Assembly: GCA_964016885.1 (NCBI GenBank)
Contig: OZ024743.1
Location: 218,364,001 to 218,428,000 of the forward strand
Direction: 5' to 3'
DNA from: Eledone cirrhosa
Lineage: Eukaryota
DNA: 64,000 bases
Positions 1 through 13,022 of this stretch are shown piece after piece. The stretch's first letter is position 1; each line of letters begins with the position of its first letter. The notes beneath the pieces were generated by a model. It did no database searches. It saw only the letters and a program-made list of their open reading frames with translations, and was not told the DNA's origin. The translations under genes and the position numbers were made by a program.

Positions 1-154
1 TCAACGTCAAAATGTGACAAAGAAAAGCAAATGAAGACGAGACAGTTCTGGGAGTAAATGATAGGACAAAGTGCGTTTAATCTTCGTAGGATAGACACTG
101 ACAAAATCTCAGTTTTTGAGAATTAATGCAAAGGGCAAGAGTTGGTCTTGATCT

Positions 155-412
155 ATCTGTATGGAGATAGGCGGAGACAGCGATCTGAGTGGAGATAGAC
201 GAACATAACGATCCTTATATGGAGATAGATGGAGATAACAATCTAAATGGTGATAGACGGAGAAAGCGATCCTTATATGGAAACAGACGGAGAAAACGAT
301 CCTTATAAGGAGATAGACGGAGACAACGATCCTTTTGGAGATAGACGGAAACAACGATCCATATATAGAGATAGACCGAGACATCGAGACATATATGGAG
401 ATAGACCGAGAC
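155..412. repeat. Minisatellite, about 31-bp unit (GGAGATAGACGGAGACAACGATCCTTATAT-like), about 8 diverged copies
   Basis: Repeated 'ggagatagac...cgatccttatat' blocks are visible. Confidence 0.8.
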
Positions 413-1444
413 AATGAAAAAGATGATGTTAACGATGCTACCAACAGAAATATAGGTGGTTGTTCCAAGTTTTACGCCTCCGATTTTCAGAGGTGTGAAA
501 GTGTGGGCTGAAAAGTTCATAGGCTGACCAAGATACTCTCATGGAATGACAGGAGCGGTGGAAGCATTTCTGAATTAGTGGGGGGGGGGGGGGGTAAATT
601 TCGACAATTTAGTTATAGTGATTAATTTAGCTCTTTGCACTCTAAAATGGTCAGAAACCTTCGATATGCGATAAACATAATATGTACATAAATTGTTGTG
701 CATATCCAAATATATGTGTTTTGGTAGTTTGGGGAGAAAATATAATTATTGGAGGAGGCATGCACCCACCCACCCAATCCACCGCACTGTATATATATAA
801 TTAACAAAAAATGATGCTCTGTGCCCTTTCTTAAAGGGTTGTACAGCCACTGGAAATAACATCTGTGAAATATACAGCTCCATCTATCTGTTAGATCTAC
901 CTCACCGTGAAACAAACAACCCTTTGAAAACCATCAGAATAAACGCCTACGCAGCGAATAAACATCAAACGATTATTTCTGTATAAATAGAGTGGTCCCA
1001 AACACTTTCGCTAGTCGACATTTGGCAGAGTCAACCCGCGTATCGTTGTTCCTCGCCTCTGCCACGCTTTGTCACTCACACACGCCTTGTACCTTGTATC
1101 GTCGCTTCATGTGAAAATAAATAGCTGATCGAATTTACATCCCTCGCCTTGCTTCGTCCTTTCAACTTGTGCTTTCGTCTGTTCATCTTTACCGTATGTG
1201 ACAACAGTTCTTTTAAGGGCTATCTTCAGATACGATCAGACCGTATGCGATAACAGTCCTTTTAAGGGCTATTCTCGGATCTGATCGGAAGTAGTGACCA
1301 GACTGACTAACCACGTCGCTACAGGGTTAATATATCGAGCTTCTTCGCATTTGCTATTATACCCAATTTAGTCATCTCGTATATATATATATATACACGA
1401 GATGACTTTGGGTTTTTGCTACTATGTTTTCTATACCTTTCATT

Positions 1445-1513
<69 letters not shown>

Positions 1514-1520
1514 TACATAG

Positions 1521-1720
1521 ATCTCTCTTCCAACCCCTCTCTATATCTACTACACCGAATTCTCTTCCAATGCCCCTCTCTATATTAATTAGCACCAAAT
1601 TCTCCTCCTCTCTATATCTACTACACTGTACTCTCTTCCAATCCTCCTCTCTATATCAATTAACACCAAATTCACCCTCTCTATATATCTACTACACGGT
1701 ATTCTCTTCTATTCCCCCAT
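1521..1720. repeat. Minisatellite (CCTCTCTATATCTACTACAC-like unit) between (TA)n tracts
   Basis: Repeated 'cctctctatat' units at about 30-35-bp spacing. Confidence 0.65.
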
Positions 1721-2087
1721 ATATATATATATATATATATATATAATGGAGATTGCTAAAGGACCACTGCTAACTTAAAATCCAACTCTTGTTTGGTATT
1801 ACTTGTGATTTACTATTCTTCTGCAATCGTATAGGTTTAGTTAGTTTTTTTATTGCTTCCTTCAAGTAAAGAAAGAAACAGTTTGAGGAAACTGGTAGTG
1901 TTAGTTTGCGCCGATAAAAATAATATTAGGTAGTGTTTCGTGAGATTGGATAAGTTAGTAATGCCGTTTTAGGACTTTTCTATCTGCGCGCACACATAAA
2001 TATACAATGAAAAACCAAGCAACAGTGAAGAGGCTTTAATTATAAAGGGAGATAATCAATAGTAATTTCGAGTTACATCCCCTATAT

Positions 2088-2144
2088 AAAATGGCGCTGT
2101 CCTCAAGGTGTTGATATTTCTGAATATAAACATTATAATACAAG
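2088..2144 (+). promoter_or_regulatory. Candidate non-coding first exon/TSS region of the CCDC97-like gene
   Basis: YY1-type AAAATGGCG at 2088 and donor-like CAAG|GTAAAA at 2144/2145. The ATG-containing exon starts directly after an acceptor (cag at 5341-5343), so an upstream exon is needed. The location is inference. Confidence 0.35.
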
Positions 2145-3006
2145 GTAAAAATTCTTTATTTGTCTATTTGTTTGATACGTCATGGGTTTTCGCATGGTTA
2201 TTTCTAAATAGCTATGTATCTTGCATGTATAATGGTCTGATCTTTATACATTTGCACCAAGTAAACAATACAAGACTTTTAAAAACCTCTACGCGGTCGC
2301 TTGACTTACTAGAAATAGTAGCCACATTTCTCGTAACTGGCTCATTACTGTCATTTAAAGATGAAAATATATATTCGATGATGGTGGCTTGAATATCACT
2401 GATCATTTGCCCTTTAAGCTACAGATTAAAAGTTGATCGGACTAAACCATAACACTAACACGATACTTCTCCAGGTGTGTTTGGGGGGTAACGTAGCGAT
2501 GGTCCCGCTTTACATTAAAGACTTATATAATGTTGTGTCTATATTCGCTTACGAACATAATTATGAAGAACTATTACTTACTGGGTGTGTTAAATACTAT
2601 TTTACTCTAAGATTTCTTCATTGTCTGAAAAGGCGTAATTTGGTATTGCTTTTATTTCGCTTCCGTGTATGTAATTATATGTGTGAGTTTGGGAATCGAA
2701 CGGAGATAATATAGGGTTTTTGAGGACTCTTCAGTCTGGTCAAGCATATGACAACCTCTAGGGCTGGACCATCTAATCCATGGAAGCATGGAGAGTGAAC
2801 ATTAAACAATAATTAGGATAAGGATATTCTTATATAGCTTCAACAAGCTATTACTAGCCTATCAAAGTTGGATGTAGGCCTACCGATTCAGACTGTCGGT
2901 TGCAGGTTGACATGGTGTTCTAGTAGCTCAGTGATTAACTGAAGTCGTTGGCACCTGGGTGAAAAGTAAACTCAGAATGCAAACACCCAGAACAGACACT
3001 ATAAGG

Positions 3007-3207
3007 CAGGCATGTCAAACTGAGGGTCCTCCAAAGGTAACCTGGGTTATATATGTGTTGTCTGAGGGCCACAAAGGACAACTAATTGCATACATTACAA
3101 CTAATTTTTTTTATTTTATATTACCAAGATAAAACATGCTTGCGCTGTAAAAGCCTTTGTGCGGGCCGCAGGTGTGCTTGTAAAGGGCCACATGTTTGAC
3201 ATGCCTG
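3007..3207. mobile_element. hAT (Charlie-like) MITE
   Basis: 14-bp TIR CAGGCATGTCAAAC/GTTTGACATGCCTG; near-matching 8-bp TSD ctataagg/ctatatgg. Confidence 0.75.
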
Positions 3208-3969
3208 CTATATGGCTGAAATAAGGTCTGAAAATATAGGACAAAAAAACTGAGAATATAAGACAAACTGCCAGAACAGACCCTATGAGGCAGACCATCC
3301 AAGAATATAGGACAAAACTGCCTGGCTGTTTTTTATTCTGGTTCTTTGTTCAAATCCTGTCTAAATCAGCTTTACCTTTCATCTTTTCAAGTTCAATAAA
3401 ATAGAATATTGTTCCAGAGTGGTAGTTTGGCAGAATTGTTAATATGTTAGTTGTAATACCTTGTGTTGTTTGTTTGAACTCTTTACATTCTTATTTCAAA
3501 TCCTGTTGTGGTCTACTTTTGGATAAAGTTAGGGGTAGACTTGGTTTGTTGTTCAGTTTAACACAACCACTGGCTCTTGGTTGCCTTTAGTGGAGTCCAC
3601 TCTGTTTATAAGCATTTCAGCCAGGAATCTGGTGCGAAGATACCTTACTTCTCCTCCACCACACCTCCACTCTCTGAGGCTCTAAAAAGACTCATGCACA
3701 CTGCCTTCTCTCTTTCATGAAACAGTAAAACATATATTGAATATAAACTCCTGCCTCATGAGTTTCCCCGTAAACTTGAATTTGTACATAAAGAATAGGT
3801 TATGTGTGTTTGGAGTTGAGAGATATCTAAATGGTTTGAGTTTTAAAATGTCGATCCCCCTCCCAACCCTATGAAGTGTGCAATAGCAAGAGGGCTGACA
3901 TGTGGTAGGTATGTTAAAGTCAATGGAAAGTTGGTTTGTGAATAACATGGCAGAGATCTATAGGTTGTT

Positions 3970-4365
3970 GGTGAAAGAAGACCATATTCCAGTGGATTGG
4001 GAGTTCACTGGAGCCCCTGTAGAGCAACTAAGCTGTTGGAACATGTAAAAAAGGTGTTGGAAAGAATTTAAGACAAGAGGATAAAAAAAAGTGAAGATTG
4101 ATTTGTACCGATTTGGGGTGGGGGAGGAATGACTGAGGGAATTTTTATTGTGAGACAGTTATAGAAGTAAGGATTAAAAGAGTGATGGAAATGAATGTGA
4201 AAGAAAATAGAGGAGTGGGAAGACCTAGAAAGACATGACTAAAAATGTTGGGGGGAGGAAATGAAAGTCAGAGGGTTGGTGAGGAAAGATTCAGAGGAAA
4301 ATGAAGAAGCTTCTCATGGGATCTGCAAAGCCAAATCTTACTTTTGCAGGGAAGATGGCCTTAAC
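3970..4365 (+). mobile_element. Decayed RTE LINE fragments
   Basis: Remnants resemble the RT and C-terminal 'GRPRKTW' regions of the intact RTEs in this window (ggaagacctagaaagacatga). Confidence 0.5.
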
Positions 4366-5344
4366 ATGCTTCTTCTTGTTGTTCCTCTCTACTCTACCCA
4401 CTTTTGTCTTCTCATTTGTACATAGTCTCTAAGGTTTGTAGACCTACTAGAAATATCAACCGAATCTCTTTAAAAGGACACATTGAGCAATGTAGCCCTA
4501 ATTTCTCTGCAAAAAATAAATAGTTGCATACACAGCTCAAGAGTAATGATTGCAAGCAAACTAATTGACAGAATTAACAGAAGGCACAGTAAATGTGTCT
4601 ATCCACTCTTCATGTAGATTTACATAATCTCTGCCACTCCTATCAGTATCAGCTGTGTGGGGGCCTTCATCCATAGAATAAATATCATCAATGATTTCAT
4701 CAACTGTAAAGAGTTTAGACATTGCTCTTTTACCAGACGAAGAGCTGGGCTCACCCCATGCTTGTTTCATCACCAAAAAATCCTGGGGGTTTTCTGATTA
4801 AAAACAAAAGTAAACAACAACTACAGGGGACGTCATTAACAATGAGTCATAAACACACTTAACTACAAAGCTGCAACATAATAAGTTGCCTATTTTTAGT
4901 ATTTTATCTTCTTTTCCTACGTTTGATGTTCACTACCCGTTTAACAGAAAGCTAGTAGAGACTACATTTGGGCTATTCCAACTATAGCAGAAACATGGTA
5001 TGACAAGGTTAAGGTATGTTCCAAATATTGCTAAATAATAAAAAACTAAATCCCTGAATATTCTTGATTATTTTCAAATTTTATTGAAATATGTGGGCAG
5101 TGTATTTTATTGGAAATATGGCTAACACAGTAGAGTTCTTTATGGTATTTTGTTATGTCTGTTTCTATTGACAGTCAGAGTTCAAATCAAAATTCTGCTG
5201 AGATGAATTAAATAAGAGCCAGTGGCATTAATTTATTCTATAATAACTACCCTGTCCTTCAAATTTGTGGTCTAATGCCAATATAAGAAGCCAATAATAT
5301 TTTATTTCTGTATTTATCTGAACTATATTTTGTAATATTCCAGA

Positions 5345-6118
5345 ATGGAAGTTGAAGATACCATTTCTGAAGATAAAATTTCTGAAGCTGATCTAAAGAA
5401 ACTCCAAATAAGCAGTGAGAAGAATGACAATGAAGACATTTCTAAAACAGATATGCTTCTTGAAGATGAATCTTCAGAAAGATCAAATCCTATAGTTGAA
5501 AATATTTCCACTAATATCCCACTAGAGGATAATAGTGAAGATCAAGGTTCACTGTTTCCCCAGTCACCCAATACAAATGCTGATATCAAGCCTCATATTA
5601 AGGACATGCTTCAGAGGCTTGCGAGCTCATCTGCTCACTTCAAACACCAACAAAGAAATGAGCCAGACCTGACCCCTGATCAGAAATTTGCAATTGCTCG
5701 TGACATTTTTGAAAAGAACCCTCGTCTCTTCTTGGCTCGTTTCAAACAACATCTTGCAATTGAAGATATACCTTGTTTCCAGCAATACGTTGGAGATTAT
5801 GAAATAGACTTTCATCTCAGTGAAATACAAAAATGGGACAGTAAAAATTACAAACGGAAAAAAGTTAAGAATCGACGTTACAAAGCTTTGATGGAAATGA
5901 TGTCTATAGAGGATGAATACTTTACTGAAGATGCTATGAAGTCCCGTGATCCTTTATTGTATGAAGAACTAATTGGACAACATTTAACTGAAGAAGAAAG
6001 GGTGGAAAAGGCTAATAGTATAATGGCCGGGAATGAAAACTCTCTTTCTAAATTTCTTCTAAAACATATTGAGCAACAACAGGAGAATGCTCTTTACTAC
6101 TCCCTCAAACACAAAGAG
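5345..6118 (+). CDS. CCDC97: Coiled-coil domain-containing protein 97-like (DUF2052), first coding exon
   Basis: Acceptor cag at 5341-5343, ATG at 5345, donor GTAAGT at 6119 (phase 0). Motifs FLARF, YEIDFHL, KNRRYKAL, YFTEDAMKSRDPLLYEELIGQHLT match the CCDC97 family as I recall it. Confidence 0.9.
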
Positions 6119-6304
6119 GTAAGTCACTAAACATTGTCTTTTTCTCTTTATTTTCTCATTGTTTTTTATAGAATAGGAGTTAAATTTTTAGTGAATTAAG
6201 TTCACAAAATAGTTTTGATTCCTAGTTAAAACTACATTACTTTAATTAACCCCTCTTTCGTGATAAGCTCTTGTTCATATCTTATTTTGTTATTTTGCCT
6301 TTTC

Positions 6305-6803
6305 TTAACCCTTTCATTACCATATTTCTAATGATAAACACAGCTTATGATTTTCAAAATGAAAATAGTCAATCATAATTATGTTGGTATGGAACATAGC
6401 TTAACAAAGCTTTCTACATAAAATTATGATGAGATTATCATCATCATCATCATTTTATGTCTATTTTCCATGCTATAATGGGTTAGACGGGTTGTCCCAT
6501 TTGTGGCAAGTTGGGTCAGATGACTGTCTTGCTCATACAGAACTGTTTCTGGCTTGGATGCCCTACCTAACACCAACCACATTTACAATGTATGCTAGCT
6601 ACTTTTTATCATGACACCTACACGACTACTATACAGTGTGGACTGGCTGCCTTTTATCGTGGCATCGTAACAACCACTTTACAGTGTGGGCTGGGTACAT
6701 TTTGTCGTGATACAAGCACAATGTTTTTAGATAGATATAAACACTTGAAGATAAACGACAATGTATTATAGAAGTATGGGCAGTTTAGTAATAAAAGGGT
6801 TAA
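6305..6803. mobile_element. piggyBac-like MITE (TTAA|CCC...GGG|TTAA) with a minus-strand RTE/SINE tail inserted at about 6437-6720
   Basis: ttaaccctttcattac ... gtaataaaagggttaa ends; internal (TCA)n plus RTE 3' UTR-like sequence. Confidence 0.6.
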
Positions 6804-7964
6804 AATAGAAGGCCTTTATGCCTGTCAAAAAGAAGCTATTATTGTGTACTAAATCCCAAGGCCCGTTACTTAGCTCTGGTTTCATGACATTAAGTGGATG
6901 AGAAATACAGGTATTCCTGGATAGAATGCCAGTCCATCACAGTTAATATGAGATGATCTGATATTGGGTTGAAAGGGGGTTTTCTTTGCTTTCTTTTGGT
7001 TTCAGTAACAAATTACTTTTTTATGAGAAGAGATTGCTAGCCCCTAGCTTAACCTTCCTCTTTTAACCAGGCTTGGATCCAGCTGACATCCTCATTTTAT
7101 CATCGGATCTGGCAAACCAAGGCCAAAATGAGGAGCCAGACCTAACACTGCTGCGTGGTGACCCATGTGATGAGCGATGCAATATGAACATCTTGGATTT
7201 TGAGTTGTCATTGGACTTTTGTTAGCTGAGTAATGCAAGTTGCGTATGCCACCACAACAAATGCCGGCAGTTGTTTGCTAACTAAACTTCGTGATCTTCA
7301 CCGTTGACTATTGTTATAGTTCTCCTGCTCAACATTGTATTTATCATCCACCATTGACTTCTAAGAGTTCTTCTGCTGAGGAACTCTTGACTAATAATAA
7401 TCAGGTGAAAATCAGCTGATTCTGAGAGACAAGAAATCAATGCTAATACTTGACTACTGATCTGGCACATATTTCTAAAAGCCAGGTGAAATAAAGCAAT
7501 GTAAAAGAAAGTGTTCTGTTTAGAAAAAGAAGAATTCCTCTGCAGGGTTTGGAAGACTCCATCCATGTGTAGAGGGTTTAATATGTTATCCATTTACTGA
7601 GTTGGGATGACCTTCAGTTATGTTGAAGATATAACAACCTCCTGTATGTAGTCAGTAGATCATGAGACTGTACATAAGCAGAACAACAGATCCCTGGCTT
7701 GTCTGGGAGCTCAGTGGCTACTGCTTCAGTACTGACTTTGTCTATGTAGACCCGTCAAACCCTTGCTAGCAGAGAAAGCAGGCATTAAAATGTTGATTCC
7801 CTCATCCCATTTTTAACCCCCAGGCAATGCACCCAAATTTTTTAGTGAGCAGAGGATCCATTACCTATAGACTCTATCACACATCTTCAATGAAAGTTAA
7901 AAGAGAAATGTACCTTATAAATATTTCAAAGTTAATGCAATTTCATTATTTGGTTCTTTTGCAG

Positions 7965-8010
7965 GAAGAGTGTTTTGAAGAATTTGACTCAGATACAGAT
8001 GAAGAAATTG
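7965..8010 (+). CDS. CCDC97: CCDC97-like coding exon (EECFEEFDSDTDEEI), acidic linker
   Basis: ttttgcag acceptor and gtaatt donor; phase 0 to phase 1, compatible with both 6118 and 16647. Confidence 0.75.
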
Positions 8011-8598
8011 GTAATTTATCTTTCATTATTATTATTGTTGTATTCTTGTTATTATTATTAGCAGTGGATTGGCAGAATCAGTAGAGCATTGGTCAATATG
8101 CTTTGTGGTTCATAGTTATGGCTTTTTACATATATATATATAAAGAGCTTTCCAACTATATGCCAATATTCAAATTAGCATAAAATGCTTCTATCCATAT
8201 TAACATTGAATATTTGAATATAGTTGGAAAGCTCTTTTTACATAGCACTCACTGTAAATGAGGTTAGTGTTAGGAAGGGCATCCAGCTGTAGAAATCAAA
8301 CCAGAATTAGTTCCCATCCCACCCTTGCAAGCAGGGAAAAGCGGACGTAAAATGATGATGATGATATGTGTGTGTATTAGAAAATTTAATGTAAAAGAAA
8401 AAAAGATACCAACAAAAGGCAGTTTAAAAGTTGGCTTTGTAACCATATGGTTTTGTATTGATCCCATTACCAAATCTTTTTAAATTCTTGTTTATTTTCA
8501 AAATCATAGTCAATATCAACTATTATTCTCAATCGATTATTGACCCATTGCATACATTTATCAGTAATACCCGCATCTGAGTTTATTTTCTTTATTAG

Positions 8599-8630
8599 AC
8601 TTGATCGAAAATCACTCAGAAGAAACTAAT
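8599..8630 (+). CDS. Possible micro-exon of the CCDC97-like gene (DLIENHSEETN)
   Basis: ttttctttattag acceptor and gtaaga donor. It ends in phase 0, so it needs another exon (candidate 12376-12427) to rejoin 16647. Confidence 0.3.
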
Positions 8631-8863
8631 GTAAGAGTAATTGTATGTCACATTTCAAACTCATTATTAATCATCTATTAATAATGATTTCTAAGGCGGT
8701 GAATTGTCAGAGTCATTAGAACACGAGTAATAGAATGTTTTGCAGTATTCATTCCAGCTTTCTTAGTTCAAATCCTGCTGAGGTCGACTTTGCCTTTCAT
8801 CCTTTCGAGGCAGATGAAAAAAATACCAGTCTAGTACTGAGGTAGATTTTTCCTCTATATCAT

Positions 8864-9202
8864 GGCGGCACATGGCTTAGTAGTTAGAGCATTGGGCTTT
8901 CAATCGAAAGGTTGTGAGTTCAATTCTCAGACCAGGTGATGTGTTGTTTCCTTGAGCAAGACACTTTATTTCACATTGCTCCAGTTTACTCAGCTGTAGA
9001 AATGAGATGATAGGGCTGGGGTCCCTATCATTCCACGGTAAAGTGGACGTGTAGGCGCCACGGAAAAAAAGCACCCAGCACTGACTGTAAATGAGGTTGG
9101 TGTTAGGAAGGGCATCCAGCTGTAGAATTCAAGCCAGAATCAGTTCCCGTCCCACCCTTGCAAGCAGGGAAAAGGGGGACGTAAAAGGATGATGATGATG
9201 AT
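8864..9202 (+). mobile_element. tRNA-derived SINE with RTE-derived body/tail and (GAT)n end
   Basis: A box TGGCTTAGTAGTTAGAGC and B box GAGTTCAATTC; 3' end matches RTE-A (22452-22510); second copy at 47110. Confidence 0.85.
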
Positions 9203-9434
9203 CTCTTTCCCACTTCCTCTCTCTCATCTTCTATCCTTCTCTGAAAGAATCAGCTGTATTCAGACCTAGGGAAGAGATAGGCTCCGCAAAGCTTAAAATG
9301 ACCATGAAATGCTGTATGCCACTATGATGGCCATATGTCTCCCTCAGGAGTTACAGGACCATCACTCCATTCAATATAATTTCTAGTGTGTAATTTCTGT
9401 TTGACCATCACCTTTGGAACAGTAAAATTATTCT

Positions 9435-10270
9435 CTTTTTCTTCGCCCACTTATTCCTGAAGAGGGTCATGGGAGCAGAGTCCTCAAACATTCCCTCCAG
9501 CGGGTCCTGTCAGTAGCATGGCCAGCCAAGCTCATAGATGCTATCCAACCATCTTGCTCGGAGTTTACCCCTAGGTCTCCTGCCGGTTGGTTTTGTCTGT
9601 AAAATCCATCCAGCGATTCTTTCCTGAGACATTCAAACCACATGACCATAGTATCAGAGCTGTGATCTCTCAATTCGGAGAAGTAGCGCCTCTACTTGGA
9701 GTGACTCTGATCACCGAACTATGCACTCTATCGAGTATGTTACTCCAAAGAACCTTCAGAGGAAACCCCATTTTGGCCACTTGTATTTGCGATTGTATTC
9801 TTTCGGTCATTACCAAAGATTCATGACCATAAGTAAGGCTTGGCACGAATACTAAATTGAAGATAGTGAGTTTGGCTTTTATGCCTACCTCCCTTCTTTT
9901 GATTACTGAATGCTGAAGCTGGCGCATAACTGAACCAGCTCCTACAATTCTTGCTCTTAATTCAGCCTCCTGCCTTTCATCACTTGTATACACGGCCCCA
10001 AGATACTTGAACTTCTCTACCTGCTTCAGTAAAACTCCATTCACATGTAGCATGCACTACGCAGGCTTCCTTGAGAGGACGAGTGTCTCTGTTTTTGCAG
10101 CACTGATTTTCATTCCAGCCATACAGCACTTGGCATCAAACCTATCAGGTGCATGTCGAAGATCATCTTCTGTCGAGTTGAGTAACACCATGTCTGCAAA
10201 TTCCAGCTGACTGATTTTACACCTGCCAGTGATACCACTTCCAATCTGGCTGCGCATGTCAATCTTGTTC
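9435..10270 (-). mobile_element. 5'-truncated, decayed RTE-clade LINE (family distinct from RTE-A/B/C)
   Basis: Minus ORFs with FADMV (YADD-like), FKYLG, LTYGHESLVMTERIQSQIQ; a related 3' fragment lies at 13975-14275 (+). Confidence 0.8.
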
Positions 10271-11084
10271 ATGTAAATAATTATTCTCACTGACTTAAAT
10301 AATGAACTGCTACAGTGGCACATGCATGCACGAACATGGAGGAATTTATATTAAGAATTATTAAGTTGGTGTTTGGAACATAACAAAGGTTCTAAGATAA
10401 AATTTATGATGGGAGATTTTTAAATAAGCATAAACACTTTTGTATCGTAGAACCTGAGCAGGTTCAACACTATAGAAAAGACAAAGATAGAAACATAACT
10501 GTAAATGTAGTTGGTGTTAAGAAGAGCATCCAGCTGTAATAATCCCAGCTTGCACTTGGCTGAGCAAGATAGGGCACAGCCAATGCAAATGGGGAAAAAA
10601 TAGACATTAAATGGTGATGATGATGATGTACACTCAAACTCTTTTAACATCAGTTGTTTTGGAGGTTTCTTCTTCTTTCCATGTCTTCACTCTTTATCTA
10701 CCTATCACATTACAATTACATCAGTATTGTTTTCTCCAAGCTCATTAAATTGGGAGAATCACTAGAACAGTTGGCAAATAAAGGCCATATGGTATATTTA
10801 GTAATACTACATCTTTATGTTCTTGCCAAGGTCAACTTTACTTTCCATCCTTCCAGAGTCAATAAAGTAAATGCCTGTCAAGAACTACACTTGATACAAT
10901 GGACACTACCTCTCTCCTCAAATTTCTCGTCTTGAGCTCATGTACAAATCGATATTTTCTTTCTACAGCAGTCCACCCTGTAAGGTGGCCGTGCTAGTGA
11001 CACAATAAAAAGCACCCAGTCCACTCTGTAACATAGTTGGTGTTAGGAAGGGGATCCAGTCGAGCATATGTGATAAATTAAAAC

Positions 11085-11440
11085 TATTTACAATATTTCT
11101 AAAGATATCCGAAATATCTTGAATAGAAAAGAAAACCAACAATAAAGGCCTAAGACTGGTATGGAAAGATCTCTTGTGCATACTATTAGAAAGAGGCAAT
11201 TGGAATTCTTTGGCCACATAAACATAAGAGACAGTTTGAAGAAGCTGATTCTTTGTGGCAAGTTCACTGGAAAACGGAGACAAGGAAGACAAAGAACAAC
11301 ATTTACAGACAACCTGAACAAATACATCAACGAAAATAGGACGAGAAAGAACAGCCCCATCTGGAACACTGACAACAGGAAGGACTGGAGAGCCATGATC
11401 ACCGTTGTCTGGAACAGACCTTGCACCGGATGATGACCAT
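11085..11440 (+). mobile_element. RTE LINE 3' fragment
   Basis: IRKRQLEFFGHI...GKRRQGRQR...W motif followed by a gatgatga tail. Confidence 0.75.
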
Positions 11441-12065
11441 AATTTTATGTTCATTTATTTTACAAGCACTGGCTAAAATTAATTAAGATATATAGGTAGA
11501 GTACTTTAGAAATATTGCCATGAAACTGTTAAAAGCATAGACTAAAACTAAATTTGTAACTCCTATACTGTATTAATTACAGTTTTCTTTTAACCTTTTG
11601 AACACTAGTAGGATCAAACATCCTTCCTTTGACAGAAATATAGTAATTTGATTAAATGACTTAGCTAGTCTAATTAATTTCTTTAATTACTAATTACTCA
11701 TACTTAGCATAGAAATTAAATAATAAATTTGTAATTAAGAAATGTTCATGAAACTAGAGCTATGTAATGGCATTTAATATCCCTTTGGTTTATAGGGCAC
11801 ATTTACATTAAATTCATATTGCCTATTAAAGATCAGGGATGTTGAATGCTTCACTCAAATAGTTTAAATATATATTCATCGGAATCATGGAGTGTTAAAA
11901 TATGCAAACAAAACTGAGACAATAATGTAGTAGTATTTGTTGGACTGATACAAATGTCTTCTATTTTTAACTCTTAATTTCCTGTACCACATGAAACCAC
12001 ATTAGCAAGATAATCTTGAAAAGTACAAAACAACACTATGATTGCATGACAACAAATTTTAGTCT

Positions 12066-12292
12066 TTAACCCTTTAGCATTTAATCCTGCTATATACAGC
12101 CAGAATTCCATCACCTCTTTCTGTTCAAACTGGCTGTAACTGGCCACTCATACTGATGTTAAGGTATTGTTCAAAATAAATAATATCAAAATCTCATAGA
12201 TTCAATATTATGTGAGATAATAATGTGAGGTAAAGCCTTTACTGCGAAAATATAATAGTAAATGTAGAGTAATGTGATTGCTAAAGGGTTAA
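12066..12292. mobile_element. piggyBac-like MITE
   Basis: TTAA-CCCTTTAGCA ... TGCTAAAGGG-TTAA. Confidence 0.7.
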
Positions 12293-12829
12293 TATTACAA
12301 ATTTTCATAATGATCTGTCCAGTAGTATGGATACTATAAACATGAATTACCAAAATCCTTTTAAAATATTTACAGGATGTTAAAGGAAGGAGAAATGCAA
12401 TTACTCTATCACGAGAGAGAGATTGGGGTTAATTGAAGTGATGTAGCTTTAAAGCGTGGATCAAAATTACTTAAGTCACTAGAAGTTTAACTACTACTCT
12501 ATAGATATCACAATGTTTTTATAGGAGAAGTATCTGCATGGCCACTATATCCACTAGAAATACCAGCCAAATCTCTTTTATATTTCACAAAACTATCTTA
12601 AAAGAAAGACAATGTTCATAGCTGAAATGCCTTTGATGAAACAACCAATGAATATAATAATATTAGAAGAATATCTGCTGTTTCCTCTTCCTGGCCTTTC
12701 TATCACCACTACAAAGGTTTCTGCTTGTATGAACTAGCTAACTACACACATCCTCAATCAAAGCTCACCCAACACTCACGTACTCTCTCTCTATCTCTAT
12801 CATTCTATCTGTCATTACTATTACTGTAA

Positions 12830-13022
12830 GGCGGTGGATTAGCAGTATCGGTAGAGGGTCGGACGCCATGCTTTCCAGCATAGTTACGTCCCTTTACGAT
12901 CTGAGTTCAAATCCCGCCGAGGTTGACTTTGCCGTTCATCCTTACAGGGTCGATAAAATAAAGTACCAGTAATGCACTGGGTAATTGCTGGCCTTGTGCC
13001 TAAAGTAGAAACAATTACTATT
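12830..13022 (+). mobile_element. tRNA-derived SINE with Nin-type central domain
   Basis: GAGTTCAAATCCCGCCGAGGTTGACTTTGCC..TCATCC..GGGTCGATAAA; decayed relatives near 3350-3520, 5170, 8695-8850, 10760-10930, 16420-16565, 58770 and 59990-60255. Confidence 0.85.

Noticed and set aside
4561-4776. 71-aa minus ORF (MSKLFTVDEIIDDIYSMDE) resembling a piggyBac transposase N-terminus
   Set aside because: Too short, with no catalytic domain and no clear TIR pair; cannot be supported
8864-8935. tRNA gene
   Set aside because: A/B boxes are followed by a SINE body and tail, and no full cloverleaf forms
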